Made by a program: the position numbers and the translations under genes. Shown here piece by piece: positions 24,386-38,372 of a stretch of 64,000 nucleotides of DNA. Position 1 is the stretch's first letter; every line of letters begins with the position of its first letter. This stretch comes from Chlorokybus atmophyticus. Taxonomy: Eukaryota; Plantae; Mesostigma and Chlorokybus algae. The DNA is taken from assembly GCA_009103225.1 (NCBI GenBank), contig RHPI01001037.1, positions 1,856,551-1,920,550 of the forward strand, given 5' to 3'. The notes below the pieces were generated by a model. The model was not told the origin of the DNA and searched no databases. It worked only from the letters and a program-made list of their open reading frames with translations.

Positions 24386-26385
24386 ATGCCTTACGAGCTG
24401 CGCTCCCGCGCGAGGCAAGGCCCCGCCACGCCATTGAAAGATGCATCAGGCGCCACATCATCAACTCCCTCCTTAACAACTCCTGCGCGCCCAACAGCTC
24501 CACCCCCAACAACAACACTAACGACACCCCCGCCGACACCACCCCCAACAGCCACAACAACAGCAGCAACATCAACAACCCAACAACAGCGCCGCAGCGA
24601 GCTCGCTGCGCTGGGCTTGCTCCCTCTCCTGCCTGCGCTGTGGGTGGTTGTCACGAATCTCAACAACAGTAGTGTGGACTTGTGGCCGGTGGGGTTGTCG
24701 GCGGGCGTGGCTGGCGCGGGAGCTCTACTCACCACACGCATGATACCTGTCACCATGCAGTACATGCTCAGGAGGGGACTATCAGGACTTGACATCAACA
24801 AAAGGGGATCATCGGCAGGCACCAACCCCGTGTGAGTGTGCTTTTACTTGTGATGCTCAGCAACAATCGACAGCATACATGCATGCACACATACATACAC
24901 ATTCACCTGTATACACACTTACATGCACGCGCGCGCACGCACACATATTATGATTGACTGTTGTGCGCAGGCCGGAGTCGTTGGGTCTTGTGTCTGGCAT
25001 CATGTTTCTTGTGTGCGTGATCGTGTTCCAGCACTTTTACTTCTCCAGCGACTCCACGTGGCTCGTCCAGTACAACGCCGCCCTCGCCTCCATATGCTTC
25101 ATGCTATTCCTGGTGCGGGACTCCACTCTTCACACACAATCACACATACCTTATCACGTACTCAGACACAATAATGCAGGGTTTTGTGGACGACGTGTTG
25201 GACATCCCGTGGCGCTACAAGTTGCTTCTCCCCGCCGTGGCCGCCCTCCCGCTGCTCGTATCATACTCGGGCTCCACCGCCATCAGCATACCAAAGCCTC
25301 TGCGGGACATCATTGGCCATGATCTGATTCAGCTCGGTATGTTGTGTTGTATGGACAGTTGAGTGAGTGAGTGAGTGAGTGAGTGAGAGAGACTCCAGGC
25401 ATGCCTCACATTATCCAACACTGGCTTGTCTCGTGTGCTGTAGGGTGGATGTACAAGTTGTACATGGCGTTGTGGGCGGTGTTCTGCTCCAACGCGGTCA
25501 ACATCCTCGCCGGGGTGAACGGGCTCGAGGCCGGCCAATCGTACGTGACAGCGTGCGCGGTATGCCTCCCACACTTGCAACTACTGTGTTACGCGTGCAA
25601 GTGTTTGAGTGGGTGTTAACAATGCGCGCGCAGGTGTTGGCTTTGAACTTGACCATGCTGGGTGGGGCTGCTGTTGGCAACGTGCACGTTCGGGACGCGC
25701 ACCTCTTCTCCGCGTTCATAATGCTGCCGTTCATTTCCACCACATTTGCGTTGCTCACCTTCAACTGGTAACAACAACAACCCAACATTGAGGTTGCCGC
25801 TTCCGGTCATCACACCCCTTGCACATGACTGATGTGTTGGGTGGCGGTAGGTACCCGTCATCGGTGTTTGTGGGCGACACGTTTGCGTACTTTGCGGGCA
25901 TGACGCTGGCGGTGTCGAGCATCCTCGGCCACTTCACCGAGACGATGGTGATATTCTTCATCCCGCAGATATTCAACTTCCTCTACTCCGTCCCGCAGGT
26001 GAGAGAGGTCAATGAGGCCCAACGCAAAATGCTCCTACACGCACACGCACATGCACGCGCACGCGTCTCTCTGTGCAAGCAGCACACGTGATATTTCTAC
26101 CGATACATGCAACCACACTACTTCCAACTCACATCACTCTCATCGTCACATATCTGCGTTCAGTTGTTCAAGTGGGTTCCATGTCCTCGCCACCGCCTCC
26201 CCCGCTTCGACCCCTCAACGGGTCTCCTCCACGGCAGCGACGACATGAACCTGCTCAACCTGACGCTGCGGGTGGGGGGACCCTGCACCGAGAAGGCCGT
26301 CGTTGTGCGGCTGCTGGGAATCCAGGCGGCGTGCTGTGCGCTGGGGTTCGTGCTGCGCTTCGCACTTACGGGCGTATACAAGTAG
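24386..26385 (+). CDS. DPAGT1: UDP-GlcNAc:dolichyl-phosphate GlcNAc-1-phosphotransferase; multi-exon
   Basis: [124 protein letters not shown]; TAG ends at 26385. Confidence 0.96.
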
Positions 26386-26603
26386 ACACGAGTTTGGTAA
26401 TCTGAACAACTCTGTAATTAATTGACTATGGGTTGCGTTGCGCTCCCGGGCATGTCATTGGACGCAGATGCAGGTTGGTGCGCAACACACATGTATACGT
26501 GCGTAGGTGCGGACATGCACACATGCGCACACATACAAACACGTGCATATAAAGCCTCGTTCAACTGTACATCCATCATACACGCATAATCGAGCTCCTG
26601 CGG

Positions 26604-29600
26604 CTATGAATCTGCCGCGCTGTGTGCTTCGCTATCTGCCTTTTGCTCGGCTTCTGCCGCAGCGGCGGCCTCGTCTGCACGCGTAAGTATCATCGCGCAC
26701 GGGTCCTGCGCGACGTACGCGTTCAGCAACACCGCGAGCTCCGGCCTCCCATCAGCTAGCCGTATGAGGCTCTCGAGCGACACGCCCTTCTGCGTAACAT
26801 CATCACCCTCTCCCTGGCTTTCTTCCTTCCCTCCCTCTTGTCCCTCAGCCATTAACTCCTGCGGGTCCAATGTGCGTAAGTTGTGTCACATGCTTGACTG
26901 GAATGCGTAAGCGATGTTGTGTTTGGTGTGAGCCCTCACCTGTATGTCAATCGTGTTGGGCGTGGCGCTGTCCACGTTCCCCATGGAGATCAGCTTCCCT
27001 AGCTGCGTGGCATCCAACCTAGACAGCAAAGAGAAGACTCAGTTACACACACACACCGTCAACTACTCTGCGTACACATCGACACAACATCCCAACATAT
27101 ACCACCATCTCACCTCTCTGCTCCCAGTGCCGCAAACGCCTTCTCCATCCCCCTCGCCACATCCTCCCCTCCACATACCCCCACCAGCATCGCTCCCTCC
27201 ACATCTCCCACCCTGGCCGACTCCTCCGCTACCCTGTGGGCCTCCCTGGCGGCGTGCTTGGCGGCGCGAGCGGCCACGCGGGCGGCGGCCAGGGCGGCGG
27301 CGGCCTTCTCCGCGGCGGCGGCGGCGGCCTTCTCGGCCGCGGCGGGGTTGGACTTGTGGGCGGCGGGGACCTTTTCCGGGACGGGAGCCTTGGAGAGGAG
27401 GTCGGAGAGGGTGGTGCGGGCGTGGGAGGACTCGGATGCGAGGGTGAGAGCGCGAGAGGAGAGGGTGGGGTCCTTGTGGCTGAAGGCGTCGAAGAGGATG
27501 TCTTTGACTGCGGCCGGGTAGTCGAACTCGCCCTCTTCAAGTGATTGGTCAAACCACCATCGTGTGGCCACCCACTCTTCTCTCCGAACACCTGCTCGTG
27601 TATCCGCCCTCTCCTGCTGCTCGGTCTCGCCTTCTTTTTCCTCCCGCGCTGCCGTTGAACTCGCCAACAAAGCTGCCATGTCAACCACCACATGAGTGAC
27701 TATAGCTCTCACGCACATCTACCCGTGCGCGCATGCAAGCGTACCTTCTCTGAGCGCGGCGATGTCGGCCGCGCTCGCAGCGGCGAGCTTGCCCCCAAGT
27801 GTTGCGCCAGTGAGGGCCACGACCGCGCGCCGCCAGTCCAACACGCCGCTGCCCGTGGGGTCAAGAAGTGCCAACGCAGCCTGGGAAGCAGAGAGGAAGA
27901 GTGTTGGGATGTGCTTACAATGTTGTTGTTGCCTGCTTGTGGGAAGAGAGCGCGTGGCGTTCGTACTTGTAAGGTGGGTTCGTCGGCGGAGGCCCACTCT
28001 GCGGGTATGGTGCTCGGGGACTCCGTCTCGGACTCTGCAGCGCGGGTTGGTTGGTATGTGGCAAGGCATGTGCTTCTGGTGTGTGGTCAAACAAGGTGAG
28101 TCACTGCTCACCTGAGCTCGAGATGCTCGCCAGCTGGCGCACGAGCTCTGCAGCCTCAGTGACTGGAATCACCCCTGAGAAGAATGTTGCAACACTCAGC
28201 GACGACACACTCATCACTTGTGCTGCGATCACGCAACACCACAATCTCGCATGTGATCACACACCTGTCGGCGCCGACGCTTTGAACGCCTTCACCAACG
28301 CTCTCAATCCCGCACACGTGAAAGCCCCCCTCACCGGCGCAGGGCCCTCCTTCACCGGCTCCGGCGGCTTCACCACACCAACAACACAATTACCACATGT
28401 ACTCGTATCTCACACACATAGGACTATACATCCACCCAATCCCTTACCAGCAAGTAGTCGTTGGTGTCGACGGCGAACGCGACTCCGATTAGAGTGAGTC
28501 TGTACGGTAGGGGTCGCGCGGCTTGTATGGACTCCATCACGACGCCCATCGCGGCCGTGACGGCGTCGCACTCGGCGGCGTAACGAGCGTCGCCCCAACG
28601 ACGCATGCACGCGTGAGCGCGGTGGGGGACGGAGATGAGGTCGCCGATGTATGATGCGCCACGCCTGAAGTGGGTGGGTGGGTGCGTGGGCGTGAGCGTG
28701 GGCGTGCAGGTGCGCATGTGTAGATATGTGTGAGAATGCTTGCGTGTGTGCGTGTGTGTGGCATATGTGTGGCCCTACCGTGCGATGCGCTCCAGTGCGG
28801 CTGCCAAGGCCGAGTCCTCGCGCAAGCATGCGTCCCTCAGCTCCCCTTCCGCGGCCGCCCGGTTCAGGGCCGCCTGCTGCTGCTCGCTCGGGTTCGGGCC
28901 CTCGGGTCCCGACGATGGTGCGGGTGCCGGCAGAGGCGGCGGCTTGTTCAGCACTGATAGGGCGAGGTACAACGCCTGTACAGGAGAGCATTANCGGATG
29001 CGAGGGTGAGAGCGCGAGAGGAGAGGGTGGGGTCCTTGTGGCTGAAGGCGTCGAAGAGGATGTCTTTGACTGCGGCCGGGTAGTCGAACTCGCCCTCTTC
29101 AAGTGATTGGTCAAACCACCATCGTGTGGCCACCCACTCTTCTCTCCGAACACCTGCTCGTGTATCCGCCCTCTCCTGCTGCTCGGTCTCGCCTTCTTTT
29201 TCCTCCCGCGCTGCCGTTGAACTCGCCAACAAAGCTGCCATGTCAACCACCACATGAGTGACTATAGCTCTCACGCACATCTACACGTGCGCGCATGCAA
29301 GCGTACCTTCTCTGAGCGCGGCGATGTCGGCCGCGCTCGCAGCGGCGAGCTTGCCCCCAAGTGTTGCGCCAGTGAGGGCCACGACCGCGCGCCGCCAGTC
29401 CAACACGCCGCTGCCCGTGGGGTCAAGAAGTGCCAACGCAGCCTGGGAAGCAGAGAGGAAGAGTGTTGGGATGTGCTTACAATGTTGTTGTTGCCTGCTT
29501 GTGGGAAGAGAGCGCGTGGCGTTCGTACTTGTAAGGTGGGTTCGTCGGCGGAGGCCCACTCTGCGGGTATGGTGCTCGGGGACTCCGTCTCGGACTCTGC

Positions 29601-32597
29601 AGCGCGGGTTGGTTGGTATGTGGCAAGGCATGTGCTTCTGGTGTGTGGTCAAACAAGGTGAGTCACTGCTCACCTGAGCTCGAGATGCTCGCCAGCTGGC
29701 GCACGAGCTCTGCAGCCTCAGTGACTGGAATCACCCCTGAGAAGAATGTTGCAACACTCAGCGACGACACACTCATCACTTGTGCTGCGATCACGCAACA
29801 CCACAATCTCGCATGTGATCACACACCTGTCGGCGCCGACGCTTTGAACGCCTTCACCAACGCTCTCAATCCCGCACACGTGAAAGCCCCCCTCACCGGC
29901 GCAGGGCCCTCCTTCACCGGCTCCGGCGGCTTCACCACACCAACAACACAATTACCACATGTACTCGTATCTCACACACATAGGACTATACATCCACCCA
30001 ATCCCTTACCAGCAAGTAGTCGTTGGTGTCGACGGCGAACGCGACTCCGATTAGAGTGAGTCTGTACGGTAGGGGTCGCGCGGCTTGTATGGACTCCATC
30101 ACGACGCCCATCGCGGCCGTGACGGCGTCGCACTCGGCGGCGTAACGAGCGTCGCCCCAACGACGCATGCACGCGTGAGCGCGGTGGGGGACGGAGATGA
30201 GGTCGCCGATGTATGATGCGCCACGCCTGAAGTGGGTGGGTGGGTGCGTGGGCGTGAGCGTGGGCGTGCAGGTGCGCATGTGTAGATATGTGTGAGAATG
30301 CTTGCGTGTGTGCGTGTGTGTGGCATATGTGTGGCCCTACCGTGCGATGCGCTCCAGTGCGGCTGCCAAGGCCGAGTCCTCGCGCAAGCATGCGTCCCTC
30401 AGCTCCCCTTCCGCGGCCGCCCGGTTCAGGGCCGCCTGCTGCTGCTCGCTCGGGTTCGGGCCCTCGGGTCCCGACGATGGTGCGGGTGCCGGCAGAGGCG
30501 GCGGCTTGTTCAGCACTGATAGGGCGAGGTACAACGCCTGTACAGGAGAGCATTACACCGTTGGGGTGCGCTGCGTTGTGCACACGACTCAACTGTGTGT
30601 GACAACGCGGTACCTGTGCGAAAGAAGGAGCAGTTGTGCGCACATCTTGTAGCCACTGGGGCAGTACTACTCCAGGCTTGTTGAACTCTGCACATCAACT
30701 GTAAGCATCACCATGCACGTTGCATTACCATTGCATGTACATACACACACACCAGCGGGGTCCACAGCAGCGCGAACATCGACGCATGTGACGCTCTCAT
30801 TGACAGTGTCATCATCCGCAGCTCCCGCATAGAGTCCCCACTTAGCGCAAGCGTGTCCGCGCAGGGCTGCACACGAGGCAGCGTGGAGATCCACCTCATG
30901 TTGGACGAGGTTCATGAGATGGTTGTTAGTAGACTCAATGCGCTCATCGACAAACCCATCAGCCTCGCTAGCCTCGCGTGCAGCGTTAGCCTCCCGCAGC
31001 CTCCTATCACACACGTCCCACAGGGCGTCTCTGACCTCCTTAGCCTTGGTCTCCAGGTCCTGGCGGTCCTCGGGTTCCTCTCTGTCCTCCACCTTGTTGA
31101 ACTCGTCCTGGAAGAAGGCGAGGACGTCCTGCTTCTCGTCGGGGGCGTTCACGAGGGTGAGGTACGCGTCTCTGGTCGCGGCGTAGTGGGCGGTGGTGGA
31201 CGCGCGGTCGGCGCGCACGCCGCGGAAGGATGAAGCCAACCCGGACAAGTACGCGCTCTCCGCCGCACGCCAACGATCAACAATCGCACCCGCAAACTCC
31301 TTGTCCAATACCTCGCACGCGCGCGCTTGCATTGCAACCTCATCCTTCTTCTCATCCTTCTTCTCCTTGTCCTTTTTATCATCCCCACCCTTGCCCTTCT
31401 TCCCGTCCTTTACCTCCTTACCCCCTCCATCCTTGCTCTCCTTGGTCTCCTTCTCCTTGTCCTTCTCCTTCTCCTTCTCCTTGGCCTTGGCGGCGGCAGC
31501 GTCCTTGCCCTTGTTCTTGCCGTCGGCAGCAGGTACGCGGGGCTTGTCCTTCTCGGCCTCGGCGCGCGCGATGGCCTCGGCAGAGTCGCCGGCATAAGCC
31601 TCGGCTCGTGCAGCTGCAGCCTTTGCGCGTTCACAACTATCCTCAGCCTCTTTGGCAGCAGCCACTGTGCAGAGATACAGAAGCTCATTGCACGGATGCA
31701 CTCGCACGCGTGCGCACACAACATCCCTTACGTGCGGTTTCTTGGGCTTGGAGGGATGTCGATGCGGCCTCCACGTTGGTCTGCGCGAGCGTGCGGGCGT
31801 CACTGGCGCGGGCAGAGGCGCTGTGGGCTTCTGTGGCTGCGGCCGCAGCCTCCGTGTGAGCTGCCTTGGCCGAGGCCAAGTGGGCCGCAAGAGTCTCCAC
31901 AGACTTGGCCTGCACGACCTGTTTGATGCAGACAGTCCAACAATCAGTCGCTCACACACATGGATGACGATCGCAATATCACTCAGCATGCGGCTAACGG
32001 ATACTTGCCTCGACTGCAGCGGGGTCTTCCAGGAGCTCCAGCGCGCGCATCTCCACGGCCACGGCGGCGAGGAGGCGTAAAGCAGCCACATTGGTTGCCG
32101 CCAACGCCGTCGCAGCCGCCGCGGACGACGCCTCCGCATCCATCAACGCCTTGTCCGCCGCCTACACACAGCAGTCTCAAACTCGTCACTCTCACTGCAC
32201 CCACCCAACATGCACACACAACCACACGCCCACACGCCCACACACCTCAGCGGCGGCAGCAGCGGCTTTGGCACGTGTTTTAGCGTCCATTATCTCCTTC
32301 ACGCGCTTCTCGATGTCGGCATAGACGGCGTCTTCAGTTCCGTCGCAAGGAATTGATGTCGGGAGTTCCTGGAACTTGGCGAACCACGCCCCGAGCTCGG
32401 GAGCCCGCTCGACGTACTCACCCAAACGCGACGTCATCAACGCTACGGCTGCAGAGGCCGGACCCTCCAACCTGTCCAACAACCTGAGCAGGTGTTCAGA
32501 GTGTTAGCAAGTATGCACAGCCAGACACGAACACTTGAACAATTAAGCAAGCACATGAACTAACGCTCTCGTACGCTGTGTGCATGCTCACATGTGC

Positions 32598-32661
<64 letters not shown>

Positions 32662-35443
32662 CTGCAGGCAAGCACACGCACATACACGCGCACGCACGCA
32701 CGCATACACAAATGGTCACCATACTTGGCGTCGTTGGTTGGGGGCGGGTTGGTGTCGAGGTGGTACACCTTGTTGGTGACGGGGTCTTTGCGCACGCCAA
32801 GGGTGCGCCGCGCGAGGGCCGACTCATCCGCACTCGACAGCACGAACACCGCATCCAAACCAGACCTCAGGTCCTCATCCACAGCCTCCTAGAGTAACCG
32901 CAGTAACAGTTATTACAACTTTCACGCATGCACACAGGCACAGAGTCCACAACCCACTCCTACCTCGTGCGGCGGCGGTGCCACGAGTGATGCCCGTGCT
33001 CTTCTCCTCGCATCCCACTCGAGGTCTAATCCCGTCACCTCCCTCTCAAGCATCTCCGCCTGCTGCGCCGTGTGCGGGAAGTCATCCATCACCACACCAT
33101 TGGACGGTGCAGGTAGCACACGTAGCGCCTCAGCCACAAGACCCGCGAGGACATTATCGGGTACGCGTCCACCCGCCTGCGTGGCTTCGCGTGCAAGACG
33201 TCCGAGCTCCGAGGCCTCGTTGTCCATCGCGTTGGCCACAAGGGCCTTGGCGTCGATGATGGTGAGGCCGCATTTGTCGGCGAGGCGGCGGGCCAACGCG
33301 GACTTGCCGGCGCAAGGGGGACCGAGGATAGCGACCTTTGCGTCGTGCAAACGAAGCTCGGCTAATGCGACGGGTATGGCTTTTGGGTCTGCTGCCACAG
33401 CAAGCTCAGCAAGCACAGCACTCAACACCGCATGCTGCTTGTCGTTGGCGTTGTTGGTGGCGGTGTCAGTATTGTTGTCTTCTGTTGTTGGGACCTTCCA
33501 CTCCCCCTTCAGGCGGAGGTACGCGCGCACTAAGGCCTGTGGCGGTGTTGGTTATTGCTGTGAGTGTGGGAAGGATAGAGAGTCTGTGTTGTAAACAAAG
33601 TGGCTCTCCTCACCTGGTCCATGGCCATCTTGACGGGGTCTTCCGCCTGCTCCTCGGCGTCACCTTTCATGGCACTCTCCGCACGCAACGGCTCAAGGAG
33701 TTCCAACCCAGCTGCAAGCACACACCAACGTCAAAGCTGTGCACCAACGACATTCGCTATGTTCTCACCAGTTCAACTACTACTACTCACCAACAAATGC
33801 CCCCTTCCATGATCGCCACTCCAGCGCCGGCACCAGCTCCTTGCTCTTGTTGTTCTCACCCTCCTCCTCTTCAGTAGCACTATCACTGTTGTTGTTGTTG
33901 TCATTGGTGGCGGCGGCGGTGCCGGCGCGATCTCGCCAGTCTGAGACACGCTCGGCCAAGCCAACCAGCTGCATCACGAGGTGGCGACAGAGCTCGGTGC
34001 GCGCGGCCTCCTTGGCACGACGCCTCGCATCCACCTCATCCACCCATAGTCTGAAGACCGTGGTGTATCGGTTGAGTGGACATGCAAGCGAAGCGTGCGA
34101 GCGTGTGGTTTGAGATTGTTTGAGCGCGTGTGCATATGCACGGACAGCCAAACACACGTGTGTGAGCATGCACATACGCGCGTTAAGCCAAACAAGTGGG
34201 CGCACAGTATGTGTACATCGATGCGCATGCGTGTGCTTGCATGCACGTGTGTGTGCGTCCCTGCATTCGTGTGTGTTTGTCCTGTTCATACTTTCTTGCG
34301 AGTGCCGTTTCCCGCGCATGTTCCTCTCTATCCATCCTCCACGTCTCCCTGTTCCGTCTCAGCGCTTCCTCCCATGCGGCATCCCGCGCAGCTCGCGCCT
34401 CCTCCTCTCGCGCCAGACGGGCTGCGGCGGCGGCCTCGCGCTCGCTCTCGAGCGCCGATAACTCCGCAGCCTCAGCGGACTCCTCTGCCGTCACGGCAGC
34501 GTCCAATACTGAGGATGTGTCGGATGATGAGGTTGCGTCCGACAAGGCTGCCGCCGACAAGCCCTCGTCCTCTACCGCCTGTGGACGATGTGAGTGACCG
34601 CTCGCACACATGCACATAGTGTGATAGCGACAGCGACACCACACACCCACCTTTCGGCGGCGTATCTCCCTTTCTGTTCTCTCTCCGGCCTCCTCCGCCT
34701 TGCGCTGCTTCACACGCGCCGCGTACGCCCGACCCTCCTGGTATGGCATGGGAGGATGAGAAGTCCACACCACAAGCGCAACGACAATAACGATAACAAC
34801 ATCATAATAATCACACGCACGCATACACACACATGCACACTCTCACGCATGCAAGCACGCACGCATGCGCGCATCCACATTGCGTACCTGCGCAGCGGCT
34901 TCCAGCTCCGGCAGTACGAGCTCCTTGATTCTCATCAGGTGTTCCATGGGGGTGACATCCTTGAACCCTTGCGTGACATTCCCGTTGTTGCCATTATCCA
35001 TGGCCGCGCCTGCGATCTTCGGGAGGATGGTGGTGGTGTTGCTGGCGTTGTGGTGTAGGAGGGCTGTCTCGAAGGCGCCGATCTCGTCCATGGCGCCCCT
35101 GCCCTCGACGACGTTGCGGACGTCCCTGCGTAGGCGGTTGCGGTCGGCGGCGGCGCGGGCACGACGCATCGCCTCCGCCTCCGCCGCCCGCCTGGCCTCC
35201 CGCTCCTTCCTCAGCACCTCCGCCGCCTCCGCCTGGACTCGCACGCGGCCCTCCCTACGCGAAGCCATCACCTGGGGGGACGAGGAAAGTGAGGACAACG
35301 AAAAGGAGGGTGATAAGGCCGCAGACTACAATGCTCACCTGCAGGATCTGCGTGCGCTTGGGGGCGGGGTGGCTGACGCCAGGCGGATCGAGCAGCGGAT
35401 GGTTGTGGCCGCCGCCGCCATCCTCCTCGCCTGCCACAGCCAT
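26604..35443 (-). CDS. SPEF2: SPEF2/CPC1-like ciliary central-pair protein with adenylate-kinase-like domain; multi-exon, partly duplicated in the assembly
   Basis: Charged coil REIRRRK, then AILGPPCAGKSALA..GRVPD..GVVMDDFPHTAQQAEMLEREVTG, LDAVFVL..RKDPVTNKVYHLDTNPPP, DEKQDVLAFFQDEFN, C-terminal LDWRRAVVAL..WWF..VKDILFDAF. Stop at 26604. The start (35443) is inferred from a phase-0 intron 35338-35272. Confidence 0.8.
27433..30555. repeat. Near-exact 1.56-kb tandem duplication (27433-28993 = 28995-30555) separated by a single N; probable assembly artefact
   Basis: Offset 1562 bp, junction at N28994; one substitution seen (ACCCGTGCG near 27723 vs ACACGTGCG near 29285). Confidence 0.9.
32603..32660 (+). 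repeat. Intronic (CA)29 microsatellite
   Basis: Uninterrupted CA run inside a SPEF2 intron. Confidence 0.95.
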
Positions 35444-35647
35444 TGGATTCCTTTTTGAACTTGAATCGATCGCCTTACTCCTTCCCCTCCTCCTCCTCCC
35501 CGCCCTGCGCCGCCGCCGCCGGCCCGCGGGGCGATGCCACGTGGTGGGGCGGCACTGCCAGTCTATTTTTGGAAACGCACTGCCAGGCGGTTCGTCCCGA
35601 TCCCGATCCCGGCCCAGGTCCTCGTTCTCTACTTCGTGGTTTAAAAT

Positions 35648-35655
35648 TAGGGTTT
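35648..35655. promoter_or_regulatory. Telo-box (TAGGGTTT) in the SPEF2/PRP4 divergent promoter; G-box core CCACGTGG at 35537-35544
   Basis: Exact matches. Further telo-boxes at 45052-45059 and 45272-45279. Confidence 0.45.
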
Positions 35656-36488
35656 CAGGGTCTGCCTTTGGCTGGGGAGTTGGCTTGGGCGGCCGCAGCA
35701 GCGGCGGTGACTGGGAGGGGTGTGGTTGTTTGCGGCTCATGAAGTCGGCTGGTGGTCCTTGCTTGCATGGTGAGGCGTTATGCGTGTTAAATGGCTTGCT
35801 TGACTGAATTGGACGGCTTTGGGTCGAATTGGTTGGGAATGCATGCTGCTTTGCTGTTCAATTTTCCCCACCCACGTGCAACCCTGGCTGAGTCCGCATG
35901 CATACAGCGCAAACGTGCAAAGTAGACCGGGAGTCGTCAATAACATACTCTATGCAGTGCTTGTATGTTTTACTGCATAACATACAGTGCCAATGCTAGC
36001 AGCAAGCACAAAGCGACAGCAGCTGCTGCAGCTAACAGTTAAACCAACCATGCACACGTTGCCACTTGCGTTTTACACTCCTGCATGGATAAATAATGGC
36101 ACGCTGCCGAGATCGTTCCCTTGACATGCTCTTACATGTGTTCACCGTTTGCTCATTGTTTAACAGGGTGCCACGCTACCATTGACAAGACTTTAAGCGA
36201 CATCCGCCACCTACAACTCACGCAGATGGTGAGAGCGTGGAGCAAACAGTCAACACATTGACTCGTCTCTCCGGTGCTTCCAACTTCTCGAGGAGCACAT
36301 CCCAGGGACACATCACTGTTTGCGTGAACTCAAACACCAGGTGCGTGTGCGTGCATACGTGCGTGCCTGTTTGACTGGTGTCACGTTGCAAGCAATGAAC
36401 CTTCATCAGACAGGCGAGGGGGTGAGCACGGTAACCGAGTTGCTGTGGTGTAAGCACGCACATTATCCGCTCTCACACAGCAACCGCA

Positions 36489-38340
36489 ATGGCGGCCGGC
36501 GACCATGAGAGCGCAGCGCTGGACGCCGGACGAGCGGCAGGCCGCATCAATGAGACCAGCGAGACAATGGATCTGCCGGAGGCCAGCAAAGCAGCGCAAG
36601 AGAAGCAGGTGCGTCGTTGTTGCTGTTGCTGTTGGCGTTGTTGTCGTTGTTAGTGGCTGTCGTCATCGTCATTGCTGTTGTTGCACTGTTCCTGTTGGTG
36701 TATACACTCACGCTATACCAACGTATGTGTTTTGTGGCACTCACACGAGCAGGAGAAGATGATCAAGGAGTTTGCTGCGAGGCGCAAGCGGCGTGAGGTG
36801 GTGGTGCCCGTGAACGACGCGCAGGTACGCGCGAAGCTGCGCGAGCTTGGCGAACCTGTCACGCTCTTCGGCGAGGGCATGATGGACCGTCGGGACCGCC
36901 TCCGCCGCATCATGGCCGACATCGAACTCGAGGTAGGTGAACAGAACAGTTGTCCTCAATGCAACACTGTCTCAATGAGGAACATTGTGAGAGTGTAATG
37001 ACGCACACGTGCGTGGAGGCGCGCGCGCATACACCCACACCCGCACGATGACGCATACAACCAAACACACCCACCCAGACATAGACACACAGACACTCGC
37101 TCGCATGCACGAGCACGAGCGCGCAGGTACACACAGTTAACGCAAATGCTGCATTCAGGTGGCGCAGAGAGGGGAGTTGGATGGGGAGTCGACTTCGGAT
37201 GAGGGTGAGGACTTCGACGAGGACGACGAAGAGGAGGGCAGGCAGAAGCATCTGTTCTACACTGAGGGCACGCAGGACCTGCGTCAGGCGCGGCTGCGCT
37301 TTGCAGAGTACTCCATCCCGCTCGCCGCCGCCCGCCTCGCGCGCGCCAAGCGCGTGTACGCAGACCCAGATGAGGACCCCGACCAGGAGACCGAAGCCGT
37401 CCTGGCCACCGCGCGACGGCTCGCTAATGGAGCAAGTGAAATTGGCGATGACAGACCCCTTGCAGCGTGCACGCTCTCCCCTGACGGCTCCACACTCGTC
37501 ACCAGGTGGGTAGTTGCTCTTGATGATAGCATATTCGTCAGTGCACACCCGCAATCAACACTGTTGCTCTCTCATCATGTTGACATTGTCAAATGTCACA
37601 CCATGTTAGCTAGCAGTGGTATGTTGTGACTTGGTCATGATGTGACAAGATGGTCGAGCATTTTTATCAAGTAAAGATGTAATCACTGTAATGTAGTTTA
37701 GAGCGACATGTTTTGATGGCTGGGTGTGTATATGTCCCACATCACTCGTGCGTGCAGTGGCTGGAGCGGGTTGACCAAGCTGTGGTCTGTGCCACATCTA
37801 AAGAAGCTCGCTACTTTGCGCACGCATCAAGGTAAGGGCTTTGCTCACTTGAGTTGTGAATGTGACACATGCTGATGTTTGCGGTCATGTTGTGTGTTGC
37901 TTTCAGAGCGGATAACGGGCGTGGCGTTTCATCCTGCTCTCAACTCTGGGTTGCCTGCTGATGGGCCAGCCATCGCCACTGCCTCAGCCGATGCCACTGC
38001 GAAGCTATGGACCATGGATGGTGCGTGAATTTGGTTGTTGTTTGCCAGTAACGTGTCCATTGCGTGCCAACATGTGTCTTGCATTGCAGGGACCCTGGTG
38101 CGTACCATAAAGGGTCATCTGGACCGGCTCGGCCGTATTGTGTTCCATCCTATGGGGCAGCATGTCGCAACCACAAGGTGTGTGCACGCGAAGCACACTC
38201 CTTGTATGTCAGGTTCATCCATTCATGCTGAGACTTGGGTTGTGAGTTTTTGACGTTCTGGTTTGCTTGCGGCAGTTATGACAAGACATGGCGCTTGTGG
38301 GATGTTGAAACCGGGACTGAGTTGCTGTTGCAGGTGACAC

Positions 38341-38372
<32 letters not shown>

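Noticed and set aside
27433-30555. Exon-block duplication inside SPEF2
   Set aside because: The junction is a single N in mid-exon and I saw only one substitution in 1.56 kb, so this is most likely a scaffold overlap or haplotype artefact.
36090-36445. Possible small plus-strand exons upstream of PRP4
   Set aside because: Splice-like signals are present but I could not assemble a convincing or recognisable ORF; may be 5' UTR exons.
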